Positions 58,905-64,000 of a stretch of 64,000 nucleotides of DNA are shown in pieces. The notes beneath the pieces were generated by a model that searched no databases, was not told where the DNA came from, and was given only the letters and a program-made list of their open reading frames with translations. Made by a program: the position numbers and the translations under genes. Within the stretch, counting starts at the first letter, position 1, and each line of letters opens with the position of its first letter. Where the stretch lies: the IMG/VR virus record IMGVR_UViG_3300029267_002434, one strand, 5' to 3'. The stretch is from a virus.

Positions 58905-59577
58905 ACTCCTCTCCTTTCAGCTTTATTCCAGTAGCTGCCACCCACTCCCTGCCTATATCTTTCACCATCAAGGACTTATCAGGCCCAAATAACACCAGCT
59001 GTTGCTTGGTATTTATAAATTCCAAGAACACAGGATGCTTTCGCATCATAGGGCTTGGATCGTTCTTAGCGGGTGGTTTTCTCATTCTGCGGAGCATACC
59101 TTTCACATAGCTTTTCTCCATCAATGCCGGAGGAAAATGAGGCCGGTTGCGCGCCCTGACCCCAAGATCCAAGCCCTTGTACGAAAACCGACCGGTGACC
59201 GGAGTCGGTCCTTTATAAAAACCAATTAGTGATACCTTATCATGCGATTGCAGGTAGTCTATGCACAGATCCAAATCCAACGGCTGTAGTAACTCCCAAT
59301 CATCTTCCCATTGCAAAACAAACTCTGTCTGGCACAAATTCCATACAGTACGAACAGCATGAAAGAACGAGGCCTGAGCAGGTTGATGGAAAAGCGCCGT
59401 CTCAAAGAAAAGAGATGCTTGGGCCATAACCTCCTCCCGAGTGGTACCATCCCCCTTCGGATCAATATTCATTATTAAACGAAGTTCGTGGGAGGTCTTC
59501 AAATTGCGCTTCAAAGATTCAAACACAACCTTATGGACATCGGGTCTGATACATGCTGTCATTGTTATATCAATCAT
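58891..59577 (-). CDS. hypothetical; possible GT-A-like nucleotide-sugar transferase
   Basis: ITMTACIRPDVHKVVFESLKRNL and LQWEDDWELL give a TTxR...EDD-type layout. The evidence is weak. Confidence 0.3.
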   Translation of the reverse strand: MIDITMTACIRPDVHKVVFESLKRNLKTSHELRLIMNIDPKGDGTTREEVMAQASLFFETALFHQPAQASFFHAVRTVWNLCQTEFVLQWEDDWELLQPLDLDLCIDYLQSHDKVSLIGFYKGPTPVTGRFSYKGLDLGVRARNRPHFPPALMEKSYVKGMLRRMRKPPAKNDPSPMMRKHPVFLEFINTKQQLVLFGPDKSLMVKDIGREWVAATGIKLKGEEYGAS

Positions 59578-60128
59578 TTTTTCCTACCACAAAACCAAAA
59601 CACAGGATCGAACAAATCTTCGTGAACCCGGACAATGTTCTCTTTTTCCATGGACTCCGCTATATCAGCCAGTGTGATTTCGCACCACCATGCATCGCTA
59701 GTCCTGCCCTCGGGCCAGAAGTCGTGCGCCATTATAAAGTCACCTGATTTCAATATAGGTCCAAACGCCTGAACCTCCTTAATCTTATTACCATTGTCAC
59801 AAAGCACTAAAGTAGGACCAGAGCGTTGTATCGCCACTTTAATAGACCGTTTGATCTCCCAAAGGTCGGTGCTAGAATAAACCTTGCCGCTTAATCCTAC
59901 AATTAGTTTAACAACTGACCTGCTCACGTGCTTGATTTCATAAGTATAGAATTTTCCTTGTGTAATGTATTGGCAATACGCAAAGAAAGTAGAAAGGGAG
60001 CCCCGCCCCGTGCCCAATTCTATAATCTGGGTAAACTGATGATCCCGAAAGAACTCCACAAAGGCCGCGATCGTCCCACGCGCTTGCGCCATTCCTGTCC
60101 CGAATAAAATCTCCTTACTTGGTTTCAT
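59574..60128 (-). CDS. class I SAM-dependent methyltransferase
   Basis: Motif I is IIELGTGRGSLSTFFA, the acidic motif II is FYTYEI and LVLCDNG follows. Confidence 0.6.
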   Translation of the reverse strand: MKPSKEILFGTGMAQARGTIAAFVEFFRDHQFTQIIELGTGRGSLSTFFAYCQYITQGKFYTYEIKHVSRSVVKLIVGLSGKVYSSTDLWEIKRSIKVAIQRSGPTLVLCDNGNKIKEVQAFGPILKSGDFIMAHDFWPEGRTSDAWWCEITLADIAESMEKENIVRVHEDLFDPVFWFCGRKK

Positions 60129-60786
60129 ATTGCTCCTTTCGATAGCCTCGATAATATTCTACCAACCGCCCGAGGTCCAGCGCCTGTCGGCCTCGTTGGC
60201 ATAATTCTGCGGCCAATACGGTTGCGGCAGGGCCTAAGAACAGTACATACAGACTATGCTTGGGCAATTCCATCATACGCTTAAGGAGTCTTTCTTTGTG
60301 AGAGTAAGCATCCCGTTCCGGCCCCCTAATTATTTGCAGACTCTTAGCGGAACCAAAGAAGCCCCCCTTCTCATAATTCCGATGAGAACCCCGCAACATA
60401 ACTACGTCCCGGCCCGAGAGTACACTAGCCCATAGCTCCCAATACGCATCGTTCATGATAGGAGCCTGATCCCCCCGGCTAACGAAAGCTGAACCAAACG
60501 TAGTAAATAGGTCTGCATGCCGACGAAACCTACTCATCTGCCTCCTCCAAAACTTGTGAAGCTTCGGATCAACGCAAGCATTATGACGAGGTATCCCTAC
60601 TATCAGATCTGGAATCTTGTTATTAAGGATCCGACGAAGATCGTAAGTTATCCCAGGAACAAGCATCTGGCAGTTCCTTTGGTGTTTCCCGTCCACTAAT
60701 TTCAGTTCTCCATCTCCGAACCTGGCTAAACTTTTACCGTGGCGTAGAATTGATTCTACAGTGGTGAATTCGTCCATTATTTCCAT
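60115..60786 (-). CDS. GT-D-type (DUF1792-like) glycosyltransferase
   Basis: SLARFGDGELKLVDG matches the RFGDGE signature of DUF1792. LIVGIP follows. Confidence 0.5.
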   Translation of the reverse strand: MEIMDEFTTVESILRHGKSLARFGDGELKLVDGKHQRNCQMLVPGITYDLRRILNNKIPDLIVGIPRHNACVDPKLHKFWRRQMSRFRRHADLFTTFGSAFVSRGDQAPIMNDAYWELWASVLSGRDVVMLRGSHRNYEKGGFFGSAKSLQIIRGPERDAYSHKERLLKRMMELPKHSLYVLFLGPAATVLAAELCQRGRQALDLGRLVEYYRGYRKEQYETK

Positions 60787-61427
60787 GAGAGCGCCTTTTC
60801 AATACTTACTTTGGGAAACCCTCTGATCTCACTATCAGGGTTGGCGTTAAACACCTTAATACTCGGCCAGCGCCTGGGTAAAAACTTAGCAACCCGGGAA
60901 GTCCGACTGACGATACACGAATACATATCTTTTTCACTTTCCTTATAATGCTTCATCCAATTACGAGCCGAGCCAGCGCCCTTGCCATCGTAGCCTACCA
61001 ATACCAACCTCGTTGCTCCCATAAGAATAGCCAAACTAATGGCGCATCCACCGGATGATCCATTATAACTAAGTACGGGCTTATGGAATATAGTGCCAGC
61101 CCCATACTTGTATTTTACATAAGTCAATCCAGGCTCGTATCTAACAGTAGGATTCTTCCCTTTTGCTACATCTAGGACACTACCACGATCGATGGTATAT
61201 TTGGGACCTTGAAAGGACTCTACCGCTTTCTTATTCCACCAGTACCATTTTGCGTCTCCAAAAAACAGCACGTCAGTGCAAGGCAGATAAACCGCATTGT
61301 TTATTCCTAATACATTTTTATCCATAAGACGCTCTATCAGATTACTACACAGATCCTGGCCGACCACACTCGGGCCTCCTCCGAGCAAAAACACCGTAGA
61401 TCCTGGCCATCTCCTTTCAATTATCAT
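60777..61427 (-). CDS. DUF115/Maf-like or GT42-like (sialyltransferase-type) transferase, paralogue 1
   Basis: VFLLGGGPSV...VLGINNA...FFGDAKWYW...LVLVGYDG resembles the GxGPS...N...D motifs of DUF115/Cst-type enzymes. Confidence 0.4.
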   Translation of the reverse strand: MIIERRWPGSTVFLLGGGPSVVGQDLCSNLIERLMDKNVLGINNAVYLPCTDVLFFGDAKWYWWNKKAVESFQGPKYTIDRGSVLDVAKGKNPTVRYEPGLTYVKYKYGAGTIFHKPVLSYNGSSGGCAISLAILMGATRLVLVGYDGKGAGSARNWMKHYKESEKDMYSCIVSRTSRVAKFLPRRWPSIKVFNANPDSEIRGFPKVSIEKALSWK

Positions 61428-62095
61428 AATACAGACTCCAAGCTGACATACGGAATATACTCATTTAACGCAGAAACTTTTGAACAAGAGACTATCTCTA
61501 CCTTGGGCATCGCTGCTATGGTCTTTACAAAAGCCCTTTTGAACTTATCATAGCGTTCGGGTTTAGTCGCATTTTTGCGCTTCTCATCATAACAATCGTG
61601 AAAATGCGTTTCTCCTCTGCGCTTGGCATCTTTGTCTAAGTCGCATCCCAAAAGATAAATAGGATTGAGTCCCATTATATTAGCGATTCGAATAGCCGTG
61701 ACTCCTGCATTGTTCCAGGTAGGCACTCTATCATTCCACTTCTCGGGAGCAATAGGATGATTCTTCTCGCTGCCCATTGGGAACTGTAACGCGTTCTTTA
61801 TAGTCACGCTCGTCAACTTGCTCGGATAGAACATGATAGTCTTTTGAAGAGATTTGAGATCTTGATTAAAGGTCCTCCAATATCCCCGATCTATAAAAAT
61901 AAGGTAAGTCGGCTCAAACAACTTGAAAGCATGGTTGGAGCCGACTGTTATCTCTTGTTTCAGCTTCTCAACTATCTCCGGGGAAATGTCTCGAATAGAC
62001 GGACCTCCGCCTATTACAAAACCTCGTTGTCCTCGGTGCTTCTTTTCATAGAGCCGCAGCTTGCGTCCTTGCACTAGACTATTCTCCTTAACCAA
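61424..62095 (-). CDS. DUF115/Maf-like or GT42-like transferase, paralogue 2
   Basis: GFVIGGGPSIRD...TVGSNHA...IFIDRGYW...IYLLGCDL has the same layout as 60777..61427. Confidence 0.4.
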   Translation of the reverse strand: MVKENSLVQGRKLRLYEKKHRGQRGFVIGGGPSIRDISPEIVEKLKQEITVGSNHAFKLFEPTYLIFIDRGYWRTFNQDLKSLQKTIMFYPSKLTSVTIKNALQFPMGSEKNHPIAPEKWNDRVPTWNNAGVTAIRIANIMGLNPIYLLGCDLDKDAKRRGETHFHDCYDEKRKNATKPERYDKFKRAFVKTIAAMPKVEIVSCSKVSALNEYIPYVSLESVL

Positions 62096-62906
62096 AATTG
62101 AGACTGAGCTGACTGGCTGAGAACCTAACCGATTCTCCTGAACTTACAGTGACGCCTCCGCTTGCCAAATTACCATAAAATAATAAGTTAGAGGACTGAT
62201 TTAATATATAACCATGACCCACTAATCCCCAATTAGAAGCAGCGGCGGTAAACGTAATGGTAGAACTATTAGCCACCGCTGTCCCCGCACTAGAAGTAGT
62301 CCAATCGGTATGAGTTACCAAAGTAGTACCAGGAGTCCCAGTCGGATCAGTAATATTACCACCATCTGCTCCCGGATTAGTAGTAGACAGTCCGACTTGG
62401 ATACTGGAAGATTGGGAGAAAGCTGAAATATTTAACAAATGATTGATTAAACCATTGCCCATATAGTTAGATATAATAGCACTCCCAGCCGTCAAACTCA
62501 ACTCTCCCGCCTGTACTCTAACTGAGGTTCCTGAAGTAACAGTCTTTGAAGAACTAAACTCCCCATGAAACAGCATATTGGCTTCTGATTGAAGCGTTAA
62601 ATCATCCATCACCGCATAATGGGTAATGGTACTCCAATCCTCCCCCGCGACTCCAAAATCAATCAGATTCTGATTCGTAGATGATTTGTTGGTGGAAGTA
62701 GTCCAATTGGCGCTCCCCACTCCAATTTGCTGCCTTTCATAACTCGCGCCATCGGGCTCGCCTGAAAAAGAAATAGCCCCCTCTCCGGCCCCTGCGGGAT
62801 CGCTAGTGAATAAGGCTAAAAACAGATCGGTAGGCTGCGGGCACGCCGACCCTAGCATTACATGATTCAAAGCCAAGCTTTCCCAGTAATTAGTCAAACA
62901 CCCCAT
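62088..62906 (-). CDS. hypothetical fibre-associated protein with internal duplication
   Basis: Two similar halves (see 39677..40201) and a T/S/G-rich beta composition. Confidence 0.5.
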   Translation of the reverse strand: MGCLTNYWESLALNHVMLGSACPQPTDLFLALFTSDPAGAGEGAISFSGEPDGASYERQQIGVGSANWTTSTNKSSTNQNLIDFGVAGEDWSTITHYAVMDDLTLQSEANMLFHGEFSSSKTVTSGTSVRVQAGELSLTAGSAIISNYMGNGLINHLLNISAFSQSSSIQVGLSTTNPGADGGNITDPTGTPGTTLVTHTDWTTSSAGTAVANSSTITFTAAASNWGLVGHGYILNQSSNLLFYGNLASGGVTVSSGESVRFSASQLSLNFG

Positions 62907-62916
62907 GACTGCCTCC

Positions 62917-64000
62917 TTAAGTTATCTTAACCAATGTAAGGGTTCTTTCTTCCTGAGCCCAATTATAAGTCTTTTCTGTAACCATGAAATTATACAATCC
63001 ACCGGTCTGATAAGGGACCAATAAAGCCAACGACTCGTTCCCCACTCCCGTGGTTTGTAGATTGAGGTAATCTCCCATCTCGTAATCGATCGCCCTCCAT
63101 TGGAAGTTGGCTTCAAGTACCATTCGTTCTTGGCCATTAAATTCAGCCCAGAAGCCCAAAACCTCCGAGGCCATCCCTCTATCTTTTATCCAAGGCAACG
63201 ATATCACCTCTTCTGAAGTTCCATAGGTCCCCACGCCTGAAGAATAGCTACGGCCTATAGCCTCTTGTAAAGCCTCTTCGCCCGACTTATTCCAGTGCAT
63301 CTTATATCGGCCTTTATAAGAGGTAGTGAGTGATTCAATCGAAGTAAAACTCATTGTTACGTCTATTACCTCATCAGGTATAACAGTGGTCGCAGTTATC
63401 GCTTCATTGGAGGAAGCGTATAATATCGCCTCACTGGCAAATTGACCCGTCCAGGACGCTTGTACAAATAAAGGACCAAAAAACGATAGGTCGGCTGCTG
63501 TATTGAATTCCCCTTGCCAATCAGCAGCGGCTCCATGGACCGTACCAACCGCAGTAGTAAGAATACCGGTGGTACTGAACTCACCTTGCCAATCAGCTTG
63601 GGCCGCTATCTGTTGTGCCGAAGTTATATCAGCGATTGTCGAAAACTCCCCTTGCCAATCGGCAGAGGCAGGAGCATAAGTTCGCAGATGATAGTGATCT
63701 ACACGCCAGACCTCTTCATCATGGCGCGTAATAATAGTACCAGAGGACTGATCGCTATCTTGCTGACCTACCCCCAACGCTACAGGAGCAGGAGCCCCCT
63801 CTGGTAGAGTTCCATACCCCCCTCTGGCAGTATCTACATAGACTTCCCACGCATCATTAACTTTATCATATTTGTATTGGAGACGAACCCAGGTATCAAG
63901 CGAGAAAGCTATGGGAGAGCTGAAAAGACCGGTTTGCCAAACAGCTCCGTCATAATACTCAAAATCTATTTCGTAGGTTCCGCCATTGTTGGTAATTCGA
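62917..64000 (-). CDS. fibre-like protein, 5'-truncated by the window edge; LamG-like N-part, ADWQGEF repeats, C-terminal domain
   Basis: The ORF-track start at 63777 is a TTG. The same frame stays open to nt 63999 (hand-translated ITNNGGTYEIDFEYYDGAVWQTGLFSSPIAFSLDTWVRLQYKYDKVNDAWEVYVDT...). The gene therefore continues beyond the window. Confidence 0.6.
   Translation of the reverse strand, partial: RITNNGGTYEIDFEYYDGAVWQTGLFSSPIAFSLDTWVRLQYKYDKVNDAWEVYVDTARGGYGTLPEGAPAPVALGVGQQDSDQSSGTIITRHDEEVWRVDHYHLRTYAPASADWQGEFSTIADITSAQQIAAQADWQGEFSTTGILTTAVGTVHGAAADWQGEFNTAADLSFFGPLFVQASWTGQFASEAILYASSNEAITATTVIPDEVIDVTMSFTSIESLTTSYKGRYKMHWNKSGEEALQEAIGRSYSSGVGTYGTSEEVISLPWIKDRGMASEVLGFWAEFNGQERMVLEANFQWRAIDYEMGDYLNLQTTGVGNESLALLVPYQTGGLYNFMVTEKTYNWAQEERTLTLVKIT

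Noticed and set aside
1-64000. Stop-codon reassignment (suppressor tRNA or recoded TAG/TGA)
   Set aside because: All recognisable genes are intact with standard stops. Reading through the TAG at the polymerase split gives only 7 more codons before a TAA. The tRNA anticodon is not a stop-codon complement.
1-64000. CRISPR arrays, rRNA, integrase/att sites, transposases, a diversity-generating retroelement, capsid or terminase genes
   Set aside because: I saw no regularly spaced short repeats, rRNA-like segments or recombinase, reverse-transcriptase, terminase or capsid motifs in any frame. The fibre-gene repeats are in-frame protein repeats with no template/variable-repeat pair. Head and packaging genes presumably lie outside the window.

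Overview
The window reads as a contiguous piece of a tailed dsDNA phage, or a phage-like element. No rRNA, CRISPR array, integrase or obvious host housekeeping genes are visible. Genes are tightly packed, often with ATGA or TAATG stop/start overlaps and strong GGAGG Shine-Dalgarno sites. They form two convergent blocks that meet at about 38.55 kb.

Block 1 (1-38568, + strand) begins with small early genes and a sigma-like factor. It then encodes a full replication and recombination set: SNF2 helicase, Zn-finger/TOPRIM primase, DnaB-like helicase, beta-clamp-like protein, clamp loader, and a family A polymerase split into UDG-like/3'-5' exonuclease and polymerase ORFs. It also encodes a FEN-type 5'-3' exonuclease, gp32-like SSB, RecA/UvsX-like recombinase, an Mre11/Rad50-like nuclease with Rad50 in pieces, and an Hjc-like resolvase. 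Two free-standing HNH endonucleases and one atypical tRNA are present.

Interleaved with these is an unusually rich nucleotide and DNA-modification set. It includes two SPL-type radical SAM paralogues, an SPPY DNA methyltransferase, a fold-type II PLP enzyme, two paralogous FemAB/DUF2156-like acyl/aminoacyl-transferase-like proteins and a Pol-beta-type nucleotidyltransferase. It also includes dCMP deaminase, a divergent ThyA-family enzyme, MazG, a MazZ-N-like domain and a HAD deoxynucleotidase. I interpret this as a candidate DNA base hypermodification pathway.

Block 2 (38531-64000, - strand) carries lysis-type genes, fibre-like repeat proteins and two tandem giant paralogous proteins of 2104 and about 2183 aa. 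Each giant protein has a Sec-type signal peptide, DUF2341/LamG-like domains, Cys/Asp-rich metal-binding-type repeats and an interrupted PhoD-like metallophosphatase. An eight-gene glycan-tailoring island lies in this block, with GT2, GT-A-like, GT-D/DUF1792-like, two DUF115/GT42-like proteins, a SAM methyltransferase and a sulfotransferase.

Non-coding signals include an 87-nt intergenic element present twice, two long-stem/large-loop terminator-like structures, and a tandem palindrome array downstream of the primase gene. All functional calls come from motifs read by eye in the supplied translations. No database search was run.
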